A stretch of DNA of 64,000 nt from Nitrosopumilus sp. (GCA_965207075.1 CBDBLO010000002.1:1536001-1600000); one strand, 5' to 3'. Shown: positions 41,168-50,655, counted from the first letter of the stretch. Translations and numbers: made by a program. Notes: a model not told the origin generated them from the letters alone.

Positions 41168-42445
41168 TCACGGCGACAGCCTGTCCGGATCCCGGGGGTA
41201 CAGCACGACCTCGCGGACGTTGTCCACGCCGGTCATCACCGCCATGAGCCTGTCAAGCCCCATGCCCCAGCCGGAGTGCGGGGGCATCCCCCATCCAAAC
41301 GACTCCAGGTGATCCTCAAACTGCGCGGGATCCAGCCCCTGCTCTGCAAGCCTGGACCTCAGCGTCTCCGGGTCGTGCAGCCTGGTGCCGCCGGAGGACA
41401 GCTCGAGGTACCCGTACTGCAGGTCAAACGAGCGCGACAGTTCCGGGTGCCCGTCCTTCTCCCTTATGTAGAACGGCTTTAGCTTTATCGGCCAGTCGGT
41501 CAGAAAGAAAAAGCCCGGATGGTTGCGCCCTATCAGCCGCAGGTGCGAGTCGAGCAGGTCGTCGCCGAACTCCACCTCTTGGCCGCACTCCCGCAGCTCT
41601 CCGACGCACTGCTCGTAGGTCACCCTCTCAAACGGCGCCTCCGGAGTGGGCACGACGCAGTCTATCACGTCCTGCTCCTCGACGCAGTCCGACGCCACCT
41701 GCCTGCACGCCGACGCGACAAGCCTCTCAAGCACCCCCATCACGTCGTCATAGTCCATAAAGGCCGCCTCTATGTCCACGCTGGTGAACTCGGTCAGGTG
41801 TCGGCCCGTGTGCGAGTTCTCGGCCCTGTAAAAGTTAGATATCTCAAAGACCCTCTGCAGTCCTATGGTCATCTGCTCCTTGTAGAGCTGCGGGCTCTGC
41901 GCAAGGTACGCCGTCTTTCCAAAGTATTCCAGCGAGAAGAGGTTGGCCCCGCCCTCGCTCGCGCTCCCGATTATCTTGGGGGTCGTAATCTCGATGAACC
42001 TTTCTGACGTCAGCGCGCCGCGGAGCGCCTGCAGCGCGTGGTGCCTCATCTTGAATATGGACGCGGTACGCTGGTTCCTCATGTCCAGCGCCCGGTGGTT
42101 GAGCCGGGTGTCAATGTTGCTCTCAAGGCGCCCGAGTGGGTCGACTGGCAGCGGGTGGGACGCCCTGGCAAGCACCACGATCTCGTCGGCCAGAACCTCA
42201 AAGGAATGGTCCCTGGCCCTGGTCTCCTGTATGGTACCGGACACCGATATGACGCTCTGGCGGCTAAGCTCCGGCACGTTTTCGTCCTTTATCACTATCT
42301 GCGCGAGGCCGGTCACGTCGCGGAGCGTGGCAAAGGAGAGCTTTGCCATCCTCCGGTAGTCCTCAATCCAGCCAGATATCGTGACGGTCCGGCCCATCAT
42401 GTCCTCGCCGAGGTCCGCAATGTCATGCGTCCGCACAAACGTCAC
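41168..42445 (-). CDS. aspS: Aspartyl-tRNA synthetase (archaeal; probably non-discriminating)
   Basis: LRDVTG..Q, SEGGANLF, YLAQSPQLYKE, YRAENSHTGRHLTEF, GMPPHSGWGMGLDR. Confidence 0.95.
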   Translation of the reverse strand: MTFVRTHDIADLGEDMMGRTVTISGWIEDYRRMAKLSFATLRDVTGLAQIVIKDENVPELSRQSVISVSGTIQETRARDHSFEVLADEIVVLARASHPLPVDPLGRLESNIDTRLNHRALDMRNQRTASIFKMRHHALQALRGALTSERFIEITTPKIIGSASEGGANLFSLEYFGKTAYLAQSPQLYKEQMTIGLQRVFEISNFYRAENSHTGRHLTEFTSVDIEAAFMDYDDVMGVLERLVASACRQVASDCVEEQDVIDCVVPTPEAPFERVTYEQCVGELRECGQEVEFGDDLLDSHLRLIGRNHPGFFFLTDWPIKLKPFYIREKDGHPELSRSFDLQYGYLELSSGGTRLHDPETLRSRLAEQGLDPAQFEDHLESFGWGMPPHSGWGMGLDRLMAVMTGVDNVREVVLYPRDPDRLSP

Positions 42446-42550
42446 CGCACCGTCACCCCGTGTTCCCCCGCAGGTCGGCGCGGCAGTGGCGCTGCATGCT
42501 GTGGGGCTGCCTACGTGCTGTTTATATCCATTGGTCGTGCCCACCGCATA

Positions 42551-43600
42551 ATGGGCGGCTCGGATCGCGGTGCGGGGGACGGGGGCAGCCTCATACGCGT
42601 GGACGGGCTTTCGGCGGCATACCGCACGCACGGCAGGGGGGGTGGTGCCAAGGGCGGCAGAAACATGGTGCATGCCGTGTATGACGTGGACTTTGAGCTG
42701 AAAAAAGGGCAGACCCTCGGTATTGCAGGGGAGAGCGCCTGCGGCAAGAGCACCCTGGGGCTTGCAGTCATGAGGATGCTCGATCCCGACGCGGTGGAGA
42801 CGTCAGGCAGGATAATGTGCGGCGGCGAGTCCATACTCGAGATGCCAGAGTCCGGGTTTGACGCGGATTTTCGGTGGAAGCGCATCGCGATGATATTCCA
42901 GGGGGCCATGAACTCCCTTGACCCGGTCTTTACTATACGCGAGCAGTTCTCAGAGGTGCTCTCAAGGCACGGGTACGACGGTGACGCGGACGAGGCCATA
43001 TCGCGCGCAGTCAGGGAGGTCAACCTTTCGGAGTCCGTACTGTCCAGGTACCCGCACGAGCTGAGCGGGGGCATGAAGCAGCGCGTGGTCATTGCGATGG
43101 CGCTCTTGCTAAAGCCCGAGCTGGTAATCGCCGACGAGCCGACCACCGCCCTCGACGTGCTGGTGCAGGCCCAGGTAATATCGCTGCTAAAGTCGCTCAA
43201 GTCAGACGAGGGCATGTCGTTTATACTGATAACCCACGACCTGGCAGTCCTCTCAGAGATTGCAGACGTGGTGGGCATAATGTACGGCGGCCAGATAGTA
43301 GAGTTTGGCAGCCTGCAGGAAGTGTACGAGAACCCGAGGCACCCGTACACGCAGGGGCTTCTAAAGTCGATACCCACGATGCGGGGCGGGCCGCCAAGCT
43401 ACATAGCCGGAGTGCCGCCCGCGCTCTTCGAGGAGCCAAGGCAGTGCAGGTTCATCGACAGGTGCCCGCACGCCATGGAAAAGTGCACCACGCCACCGCC
43501 AAAGTTCGAGACCAATACCGGGTACGCCATGTGCTGGCTGGAGGAGGAGTCGGCTTCCCAACCCGACGCGGCTGCGCCGCCGCCCAGAGAAGGCATCTGA
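42551..43600 (+). CDS. Oligopeptide/dipeptide ABC transporter ATP-binding protein
   Basis: GESACGKST, YPHELSGGMKQR, ADEPTTALD, HPYTQGLL, Cys-rich C-terminal domain. Confidence 0.93.
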   Translation: MGGSDRGAGDGGSLIRVDGLSAAYRTHGRGGGAKGGRNMVHAVYDVDFELKKGQTLGIAGESACGKSTLGLAVMRMLDPDAVETSGRIMCGGESILEMPESGFDADFRWKRIAMIFQGAMNSLDPVFTIREQFSEVLSRHGYDGDADEAISRAVREVNLSESVLSRYPHELSGGMKQRVVIAMALLLKPELVIADEPTTALDVLVQAQVISLLKSLKSDEGMSFILITHDLAVLSEIADVVGIMYGGQIVEFGSLQEVYENPRHPYTQGLLKSIPTMRGGPPSYIAGVPPALFEEPRQCRFIDRCPHAMEKCTTPPPKFETNTGYAMCWLEEESASQPDAAAPPPREGI

Positions 43601-43601
43601 C

Positions 43602-43654
43602 GGCGCGGCGGACAAAGGCGCGGCGGACAAAGGCGCGGCGGACAAAGGCGCGGC
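43602..43654. repeat. 15-bp intergenic tandem repeat GGCGCGGCGGACAAA x3.5
   Basis: Perfect units at 43602, 43617 and 43632, plus a partial copy. Confidence 0.92.
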
Positions 43655-43697
43655 CGCCATGCCAACGTTTATTCGAACATTGCGCAGATAGCGCCTC

Positions 43698-43937
43698 ATG
43701 ATAGATCCAAAGGATGCAAAGGATGTGGCAGAGACCCTGGGCAACAACCTGATCGGAGTCGCGCATGATTCCAAGAACTTTGAGAAGCTGCCGGACAGCT
43801 ACTGGGGATACTTTGCAAGGGGGCACGACTCGAACGGCGCGTTCGGCGTGATCATAACATATTCAGAGGACAAGGAGGACGTAGACGCCCTGATCTCCAT
43901 GTACGAAGAGTGGGCCGAGAGGAACAAGCGCGGATAG
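43698..43937 (+). CDS. Hypothetical protein
   Basis: TTTATT ~25 nt upstream of the ATG; typical codon usage. Confidence 0.7.
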   Translation: MIDPKDAKDVAETLGNNLIGVAHDSKNFEKLPDSYWGYFARGHDSNGAFGVIITYSEDKEDVDALISMYEEWAERNKRG

Positions 43938-43965
43938 TCCGGTCCGGAACCGAAGGTCAGGATTG

Positions 43966-44097
43966 CTAGCGCGTCTCCTGCAGCAGTCTTCTGTACCCCT
44001 GACACTCCTTGCATACGGGCTTGCCCTTGTATGCGGGATTGCCGTCCTTTATCTTTAGGGTTCCAGCTGCGTTCTTGCAGATACAGCAGGTGACCAT
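43966..44097 (-). CDS. Small zinc-finger protein (CxxC...CxxC)
   Basis: MVTCCICK...KPVCKECQ, 43 aa. Confidence 0.7.
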   Translation of the reverse strand: MVTCCICKNAAGTLKIKDGNPAYKGKPVCKECQGYRRLLQETR

Positions 44098-44201
44098 CAC
44101 GCGGGCAGCAGGTACGCCGCAATATGTGTGCACCGCAGACGGGGGACAGGAGGCGCGCCGGGGAGCCGCACGCATAAAAGCGGCGCCGTCATACAGGTGA
44201 C

Positions 44202-44567
44202 ATGGCCGAGTGCGAATTCTGCGGGTCCATGTTCGGTGACAGGACCTGCTACTTTTGCGACAGGCGCTGCTGCACGTCGTGCATGACAGACGACAGGTCG
44301 AGGTGCAAGAGGTGCTATATCGACAAGAGGAGACTGGGGTGGGTCCGGCTCGTGAAGAGAAACAAGCTTGTCGTCATATTTGCAGGGCTGCTGTGGCTGT
44401 ACGCGGTCTTTCCAGGGCCTTTCCTGCCGGGACTCGACCCTACGTTCTACACCATATCGCTGGTCGCCGCGGCACTCATAATGATCCCCATCTGCCTGGC
44501 CCTGTTCTTCTGGTCGCTGAACCCCCCCAACTCGGATATAGGGCGGCGCGGCAAAAACAGGGACTGA
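44202..44567 (+). CDS. Cys-rich zinc-finger protein with two C-terminal TM helices
   Basis: CEFC, CYFC, CCTSC, CKRC followed by hydrophobic segments. Confidence 0.75.
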   Translation: MAECEFCGSMFGDRTCYFCDRRCCTSCMTDDRSRCKRCYIDKRRLGWVRLVKRNKLVVIFAGLLWLYAVFPGPFLPGLDPTFYTISLVAAALIMIPICLALFFWSLNPPNSDIGRRGKNRD

Positions 44568-44645
44568 CCTAAGGCGGCAGAAGCGAAGGCGGACAGTTGC
44601 AGATGAGACATAACAGGCGCCAAAAGCCGCGGAGAAAAGAGACGG

Positions 44646-45695
44646 TCAGATGTTGTCCTCTTTTATCCTGCGCACCACGTGCTTTGTGAACTCCGACGTG
44701 GTGCACGAGCCGCCCACGTCGGTCGTGGCAATTCCTGACCGCGCAAGCCCCAGCACGGCGGACTCTATCAGGGCCGAGCCGCGCATGCACGACTCGTCGT
44801 CGTTGCGGCCGCCAAGCCAGTCGAGCATCATCGACACGGACAGTAGAAACGACGACGGGTTGGCCACGTTCTGGCCGGCAATGTCAAACCCGGCCCCGTG
44901 CACGGGTTCGAACAGCGCGAACCTGTCCCCTATGTTTGCGGCGGGCGCCATCCCGAGCCCCCCCACAACCTGCGACGACTCGTCAGACAGGATGTCGCCA
45001 AACAGGTTCGTAGTCACGATGACGTCAAACTCCTGCGGCTGCCGTATGAGGTTCATGGCGCACGCGTCCACGTACATCTGATCAAAGGAGACGTCCGGAT
45101 AGTGGTCTGCGACAGACGCGCACGCGCCTGCGAACAGCCCGTCTGTCACGCGCATGACGTTTGACTTGTGCACGCACGTGACGCGCATCTTGGAGCCGCG
45201 GCGCCTGGCAGTCTCAAACGCGTGCCGCGCGATCCGGGTCGACGCCTCGCGCGATATGACGCGCAGGGCCACTGCCGCCTGGCCCCGGTCGACCTCAAAC
45301 TCCTTTCCCGTGTAAAGATCCTCGGTATTCTCCCGGACTATAACCATGTCAATGTCGTCCCTGAGCGCGGGGGTGCCCGGGTACGAGCGGGCGGGCCTTA
45401 CGTTGGCATACAGGTCAAGCGTCCTCCGCAGCACCACGATGACATCGGCCGCGGACTCCCCCACGGGCGCCTTCAGGCACGCGTCAGACTCGCGTATGGC
45501 AGAGAGCGTCTCTGCAGGAAGGGCAGAACCCGTCCTGGCAAGCGCGCCGTCGCCCGCCTCTAGGCGCACGACGTCAAGGTCGGGGCCGCCCCCGTCAGAG
45601 ACGGCCTCGATGACGGACAGCGCGGACTCGGAGAGCTCGGGGCCTATCCCGTCGCCGGCGATCATCGATATGGAATACACAGAATTCACGAACAC
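44646..45695 (-). CDS. leuB: 3-isopropylmalate dehydrogenase (isocitrate/IPM dehydrogenase family)
   Basis: GDGIGPE, IVRENTEDLY, HKSNVM, NLFGDILSD, FEPVHG; context next to leuA; true start may be GTG 45680. Confidence 0.85.
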   Translation of the reverse strand: MFVNSVYSISMIAGDGIGPELSESALSVIEAVSDGGGPDLDVVRLEAGDGALARTGSALPAETLSAIRESDACLKAPVGESAADVIVVLRRTLDLYANVRPARSYPGTPALRDDIDMVIVRENTEDLYTGKEFEVDRGQAAVALRVISREASTRIARHAFETARRRGSKMRVTCVHKSNVMRVTDGLFAGACASVADHYPDVSFDQMYVDACAMNLIRQPQEFDVIVTTNLFGDILSDESSQVVGGLGMAPAANIGDRFALFEPVHGAGFDIAGQNVANPSSFLLSVSMMLDWLGGRNDDESCMRGSALIESAVLGLARSGIATTDVGGSCTTSEFTKHVVRRIKEDNI

Positions 45696-45849
45696 TGCAT
45701 GAAATTTAGGATTTGTGGCGGCCGGTACGGCTGCCGCGAATCAGAAGGGTGGCGCCCGGCATGCCGGACATCAGCAATGCGCCAGCTTACCGCGCGGCGT
45801 GTGAATAAAGAGGCGATGCAGTGGCGTCAACGGCAGGCAGGCAGTGGTG

Positions 45850-46026
45850 CTATTGGTCGCCGCCTGCAGCAAAGGTGACCTTTTTGCCCTTTACGGTAAA
45901 CCTGACCTTCTCCGGATACCCCAGCATCTCCATGATCGGCTTTGGGATCCTACACAGGTGACTTCCAAGTCCGTTGTGGTTTACATTCATCTCAAATTCA
46001 CGTGCTCCCTTCTTCCAGCGAGACAT
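45850..46026 (-). CDS. Small AbrB/SpoVT-like putative DNA-binding protein (58 aa)
   Basis: MSRWKKGAREFEMNVNHNGLGSHLCRIPKPIMEMLGYPEKVRFTVKGKKVTFAAGGDQ; own TTAAAAG TATA-like element; below the ORF-track cutoff. Confidence 0.7.
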   Translation of the reverse strand: MSRWKKGAREFEMNVNHNGLGSHLCRIPKPIMEMLGYPEKVRFTVKGKKVTFAAGGDQ

Positions 46027-46286
46027 GTGATTGCATATGTAGAGTTACTTTTAATGCTTTTGATCAGATCCCGCAGGGATTCCAGCTCCTCGGAAATTCA
46101 CGCCTGCCGGGCTGTGTTTTCAGACCTTGTGGCAGGGGATCTGAATACATAGATCCCACGCCTCATCGCGCGCGGGCTAGGCACGGCGGGCCGGCCCGCA
46201 TGGGTTTCCGCAGGCCGGGGCCGAAGGGGATCACCGGCGGGCCGGCAGTCGGCGCATGTCGCGAGCCTGCGACGGCGCGGCAGGCG

Positions 46287-47921
46287 TCAGTCCTGCTTGG
46301 TTTTTTCCTGCATCATACTCTTTAGCATAATGCGGTTGATGCCCTCGATTACGGCCTTTACGCTCGTAGTGACTATATCCTCCCCCACCGACTTTGCAGA
46401 GACGGAGTTGCCGTCGGCGTCCTCCACGGATATGGTAACCTCGCAGAGCGCAGAAGAGCCGCCAGATATTGACGCGAGCCCGTAATCCTTGATGCGCAGC
46501 TCCGACGTCCTGTCTGTTATGCGCTCAATTGCGTTGAGCGCGGCGTCGACGGGGCCCACCCCGTAGTCGGTTCCGTAGAACTCCTCGCCGTCGATGTCAA
46601 GCTTTACAAACGCATAGGGCATGGTGCCGATTCCAGTGGACACCGAAAAGCCGGTCAGGTGCACGAGCTGCTTTATGCCTCGATCGCCAAGCACCTCGCT
46701 TGCAAAAGACAGTAGCTCGACGTCGGTCACGTACTCGCCCCGGTCGCCGAGCGCCTTTACCCTCTCTAGTATCTGCTTTGACTGCTCCTCGTCCGGCTCT
46801 ATCCCGTATTCTTGCAGCATGGCGTTCATCCCGTGTATGCCGGCGTGCTTGCCCACGTGGAGCCAGCGGCGGCGCCCCACAAGCTCCGGGCTTATCGGCT
46901 CGTACGTAAGCGGGTTGTTGAGTATGCCGTGCGTGTGTATCCCGGACTCGTGGCCGAATGCGTTCTCCCCCACGATCGCCTTGTTTGGCTGCACCTGTAT
47001 CCCCACCACGCTTGAGATGTACCTGGACACGTCGTAGAGCTGCTCGGATACGATTCCAGTCTCGTATGTGGCCCCGCCAGGCACGCCATTGCCGCGGCCA
47101 TCGCCGGTCCCGTGCGAGAGGCACTTGAGGGCCATTGCCAGCTCCTCAAGCGAGGCGTTGCCGGCCCTCTCGCCGATGCCGTTTATCGTAACATGCGCGC
47201 ACGAGGCCCCCGCGCCGATGCCGGCAAGCGCGTTTGCAACCGCAAGCCCAAAGTCATTGTGGCAGTGCACGCTGATGGGAAGCCCCCCCGAGGCCGATAT
47301 CGCGTCGGCCGTTATTGCCGCCACATACTCGGGCGTCGCATAACCGACCGTATCGGGGATGTCAATCCGGTCGGCCCCTGCAGACGCTACCGCCGAGAAC
47401 ACCTCGCCGAGAAACTTGCGGTCTGTGCGCGTGGCGTCCTCGGCCGAGAACTCCACCTGCATGCCCCGGGACTTTGCATACTCTACTGCGTCGACTGCCC
47501 TCCGCAGCGCATCCTGCCGGGACATCTTCAGCTTGTACTGCAGGTGCAGGTCGGACGTCGCGATAAACGTGTGGACGTACCGGAGGCCGGCGTCCGCGGC
47601 AGAATCAATGTCCCTGCGGTTTGCGCGCGCAAGGCCCGCGACTTCGCAGGAGAGCCCGTCAGATGCAATCATGCTTACTGCCTTGTGCTCCCCCTTTGAT
47701 ATGACCGGGAAGCCGGCCTCGATTGCGTCCACACCGAGCCGGTCAAGCCTGCGCGCGATCTCCAGCTTTTGCTCCGGCGACATCGATATGCCCGGCGTCT
47801 GCTCCCCGTCACGCAGGGTGGTATCAAAGATGCGGATTCTTCTCGGGTTCGCGCCGCTGCCGCTGTTGTCGTTGTTGCCGCGTTCGCCGCCGTCCGCGGC
47901 GGTTCGGTTCTCGTGTTCCAT
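46287..47921 (-). CDS. leuA: 2-isopropylmalate synthase (or citramalate synthase)
   Basis: DTTLRDGEQTPG, HCHNDFG, GERAGNA, HESGIH, C-terminal GVGPVDA regulatory domain. Confidence 0.88.
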   Translation of the reverse strand: MEHENRTAADGGERGNNDNSGSGANPRRIRIFDTTLRDGEQTPGISMSPEQKLEIARRLDRLGVDAIEAGFPVISKGEHKAVSMIASDGLSCEVAGLARANRRDIDSAADAGLRYVHTFIATSDLHLQYKLKMSRQDALRRAVDAVEYAKSRGMQVEFSAEDATRTDRKFLGEVFSAVASAGADRIDIPDTVGYATPEYVAAITADAISASGGLPISVHCHNDFGLAVANALAGIGAGASCAHVTINGIGERAGNASLEELAMALKCLSHGTGDGRGNGVPGGATYETGIVSEQLYDVSRYISSVVGIQVQPNKAIVGENAFGHESGIHTHGILNNPLTYEPISPELVGRRRWLHVGKHAGIHGMNAMLQEYGIEPDEEQSKQILERVKALGDRGEYVTDVELLSFASEVLGDRGIKQLVHLTGFSVSTGIGTMPYAFVKLDIDGEEFYGTDYGVGPVDAALNAIERITDRTSELRIKDYGLASISGGSSALCEVTISVEDADGNSVSAKSVGEDIVTTSVKAVIEGINRIMLKSMMQEKTKQD

Positions 47922-47922
47922 G

Positions 47923-48405
47923 TCACACCCCGCTCCTCTGCAGCGCCGCCACCCCGGTCCTGGCCACGTCCACGATTCCAAACGGCGCGGCCAGCTCCTC
48001 AAAGGCCTTTATCTGGTCAGGAGTGGCCGTCAGCTCCACCATTATCGAGTCGCGCTTTACGTCGTGTATCTTTCCCCCGTACGCGCCGGCCATCTTGTTT
48101 ATCTCCATGCTGTCGCTTGCATTGCCCACCTTTATGCGGAATATGCACAGCTCCCTGAACACGGTCATGTTCTCATCAAGCCGGTCCACGCGTATGACGT
48201 CTATCATCTTGTCGAGCTGTTTTACTATCTGATCTATCTGCTTGTCATCCCCGTACGTGGTGATGGTCATTTTCGAGTAGTCGGGATTGGCCATCACGCC
48301 GACAGAGATGCTGTCTATGTTAAAGTTGCGCGCGCGGAACATGTGGGTCACCTTGAACAGGATGCCCGGCTTGTTCTCCACCACCAGGGACAGGATTGCC
48401 CACAT
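47923..48405 (-). CDS. ilvN: Acetolactate synthase small subunit
   Basis: VENKPGIL...FRARNFNIDSISVG ACT domain; ARTG. Confidence 0.94.
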   Translation of the reverse strand: MWAILSLVVENKPGILFKVTHMFRARNFNIDSISVGVMANPDYSKMTITTYGDDKQIDQIVKQLDKMIDVIRVDRLDENMTVFRELCIFRIKVGNASDSMEINKMAGAYGGKIHDVKRDSIMVELTATPDQIKAFEELAAPFGIVDVARTGVAALQRSGV

Positions 48406-48504
48406 TATGGCGCCACCGTTATCCCTGTATCAAGCAATCCTACGGACGCCGTTGTCGTTGTCGTTGCGGTAGTAACCGCAGCCTTACCCGCTGCCATGTT
48501 AATC

Positions 48505-48537
48505 GTTATCATCATCATCACCACCATCATCACCATG
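48505..48537. repeat. (CAT/CAC)n microsatellite in the ilvB-ilvN spacer
   Basis: atcatcatcatcaccaccatcatcaccat. Confidence 0.8.
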
Positions 48538-48541
48538 CAAA

Positions 48542-50251
48542 TCACGAGGGGAGTATCATGTCCTTGAGCGGCGTGCCCGGAGCCACAAAGGGGAGCACGT
48601 CCTCCTCGGGGTCAATAGGTATGTCGATCACAGTCGCAACGTCGCTTGCAAGGGCGGCCTTGAGGGCAGAGCCCAGCTCGTCCAGGGACTGGGCCCTGAT
48701 GCCCTGGGCCCCGTACGATTCGGCAAGCTTGACATAGTCCGGGCACCGGCCCTGATCCACGCCAATCATGCGGCGCTCATAGAACGTGCGCTGCCACTGG
48801 GCCACCATCCCAAGCGAGTAGTTGTTTATCAGGAATACGATAACCGGAATGTCCTCAAGTACGGCGGTGGCAAGCGAGTTCTCAGTCATGTTAAAGCTGC
48901 CATCCCCCGCAATGTCCACGACATGTACGTCGGGCCTGGCGACCTTTGCCCCGATCGCGGCGGGGAACCCCCACCCCATGGTGCCGAGCCCGGTCGAGCT
49001 GAAAAAGGTGCCCGGGTGTATCACGTCAAAGAACAGGGAGGCCCACATCTGGTGCTGCCCGACCTCCGTGGTCACTATGGAGTCGGCCGGAAGCAGTTCG
49101 CGGAGCTTTCGGAGTATCTTGGCCGCCCCCATCTCGCCGGGGTGTATCTTGAGGTTTTCCTTCCAGTACGACTTGGTCTCCTTGGCATTCTTGAGCCACG
49201 CGGTCTCCTCTACGAGGCGCGGCTTGTTCTCCAAAAGCTTCAGCATGATGCGCAGGGAGGCCCTGACGTCGCCCACCACGGCCACGCTCGTAGTCTGGTT
49301 CTTTCCAATCTCCGCGGGATCCACGTCCATGTGGATTATCTTGCGCCGGCGCTCAAAGTCCTCAAACGTCCCGACCGACCTGTCAGAGAACCTTGTGCCG
49401 ATCGCAAGCACGCAGTCGGCCTGGTCTATGATGCGGTTTGCCTCCGCGTGCCCGTGCATCCCTATGGGGCCCAGCGACAGCGGGTGGTTCTCTGGAAACG
49501 CCCCCTTTCCCTTGAACGTGGTGACGACTGGAATCATCAAGAGCTCGGCCAGCGCCTGAAGCTCTGCAAAAGCCGACGAGATTATGGTGCCGCCGCCGGC
49601 AAGTATCACGGGCCTCTCCGTGTTGAGCAGGATGGCAATGGCGCGCTCCACGTTTGTAACGTCCGGGTCGGTCCACGGGTGGTATCCCTTTATCTGGAAC
49701 TCGTTTGGAAACACCATGTCAGCCTCGTTCTGCTGCACGTCCTTTGGGATGTCAATCAGCACGGGGCCAGGCCTGCCGGTCTCGGCTATGAAAAAGCCCT
49801 TCCTGACCGACTCGGGGATCTCCGATGCCGCACGGGGCTGAAACGCGTACTTTACGACCGGGTTTGCCATGCCGATTATGTCACTCTCCTGGAACGCGTC
49901 GCGCCCTATCATGGACACGGGCACCTGTCCCGTCACCGCCACCATAGGCGCAGAGTCGGCCTGCGCGGTCGCAATGCCAGTCAGTATGTTCGTGGCGCCA
50001 GGGCCCGACGTCGCAAAGCACACGCCCGGCTTTCGGCTGACTCGCCCAAAGCCGTCTGCCATGTGGGCCGCGGACTGCTCGTGCCTCACCAGTATGTGCC
50101 GTATGTCGCACCTTGCAAACTCGTCGTACATTGGCAGGTTGGCGCCGCCTGGCAGTCCAAAGACCTGTCGGACGCCCTCCTTCTCCATTGCCACCATCAG
50201 CGCCTTTGCGCCCGACATGTGTTGCGCTTCGCTTACGAGATCGCTTGCCAT
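48542..50251 (-). CDS. ilvB: Acetolactate synthase large subunit
   Basis: FGLPGGA, RHEQSAAHMADG, TSGPGATN, GQHQMW, GDGSF..N TPP motif. Confidence 0.96.
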   Translation of the reverse strand: MASDLVSEAQHMSGAKALMVAMEKEGVRQVFGLPGGANLPMYDEFARCDIRHILVRHEQSAAHMADGFGRVSRKPGVCFATSGPGATNILTGIATAQADSAPMVAVTGQVPVSMIGRDAFQESDIIGMANPVVKYAFQPRAASEIPESVRKGFFIAETGRPGPVLIDIPKDVQQNEADMVFPNEFQIKGYHPWTDPDVTNVERAIAILLNTERPVILAGGGTIISSAFAELQALAELLMIPVVTTFKGKGAFPENHPLSLGPIGMHGHAEANRIIDQADCVLAIGTRFSDRSVGTFEDFERRRKIIHMDVDPAEIGKNQTTSVAVVGDVRASLRIMLKLLENKPRLVEETAWLKNAKETKSYWKENLKIHPGEMGAAKILRKLRELLPADSIVTTEVGQHQMWASLFFDVIHPGTFFSSTGLGTMGWGFPAAIGAKVARPDVHVVDIAGDGSFNMTENSLATAVLEDIPVIVFLINNYSLGMVAQWQRTFYERRMIGVDQGRCPDYVKLAESYGAQGIRAQSLDELGSALKAALASDVATVIDIPIDPEEDVLPFVAPGTPLKDMILPS

Positions 50252-50261
50252 CGTGCTGCAA

Positions 50262-50384
50262 TCACATCCAGAGCCGGGATCCGGCGGCGTGCGATGCCGC
50301 GCCCGGAGCCGGCTCTGCCATGGCGTCCGCGGCGTGCGCCCTAGGCGCCTTGGCACGCGCGCACATCGTCACTAGTATCATCAT
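50262..50384 (-). promoter_or_regulatory. Candidate leader ORF (MMILVTM..., 40 aa) upstream of ilvB
   Basis: ATG ATG ATA CTA GTG ACG...TGA ends 10 nt before the ilvB ATG; function speculative. Confidence 0.35.
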
Positions 50385-50415
50385 ATTCAAACCACATAAA
50401 TAACCTGCGTCACAT

Positions 50416-50430
50416 CTAATAAAGTTTCCC
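50416..50430 (-). promoter_or_regulatory. Putative BRE-TATA element for the ilvB cluster
   Basis: GGGAAAC-TTTATTAG on the minus strand; alternative TTATTTAT at 50396-50403. Confidence 0.5.
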
Positions 50431-50437
50431 AATCATT
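50430..50437. repeat. Target-site duplication CAATCATT, copy 1 of 3 (others at 51865-51872 and 53133-53140)
   Basis: Exact 8-mer abuts every IS end. Confidence 0.92.
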
Positions 50438-50464
50438 AATTCTGTTTCCTAATTGCACCAGTAG

Positions 50465-50489
50465 GCACCCGCCTGGCCGGGTGTTTTTT
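50465..50489 (+). terminator. Hairpin + T-run just inside the left end of IS-A
   Basis: GCACCCG-cctggc-CGGGTGT followed by TTTTT. Confidence 0.5.
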
Positions 50490-50655
50490 GCATGTTAGTC
50501 AGGTATTTTTCGCCTTGGGTGTTAAGTGTGCATGACACGATGTCCCACCGCACACAAATGATGGGACAAAGATGCCAGGCACAAGGCATACTTGCAGGGC
50601 ATGGCTTTAAGCATGGCGCGGCGGCGCGGTCCGTCCGCAGAGGAGGGGACTGTCC

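Noticed and set aside
42038-42673. Long overlap between aspS and the ABC ATPase
   Set aside because: Recognisable sequence begins at 42445 (-) and 42551 (+), with TTTATAT between them; the extensions are spurious.
48396-48737. Poly-His ORF between ilvB and ilvN as a leader peptide
   Set aside because: It is antisense to the operon and is produced by a CAT/CAC microsatellite.
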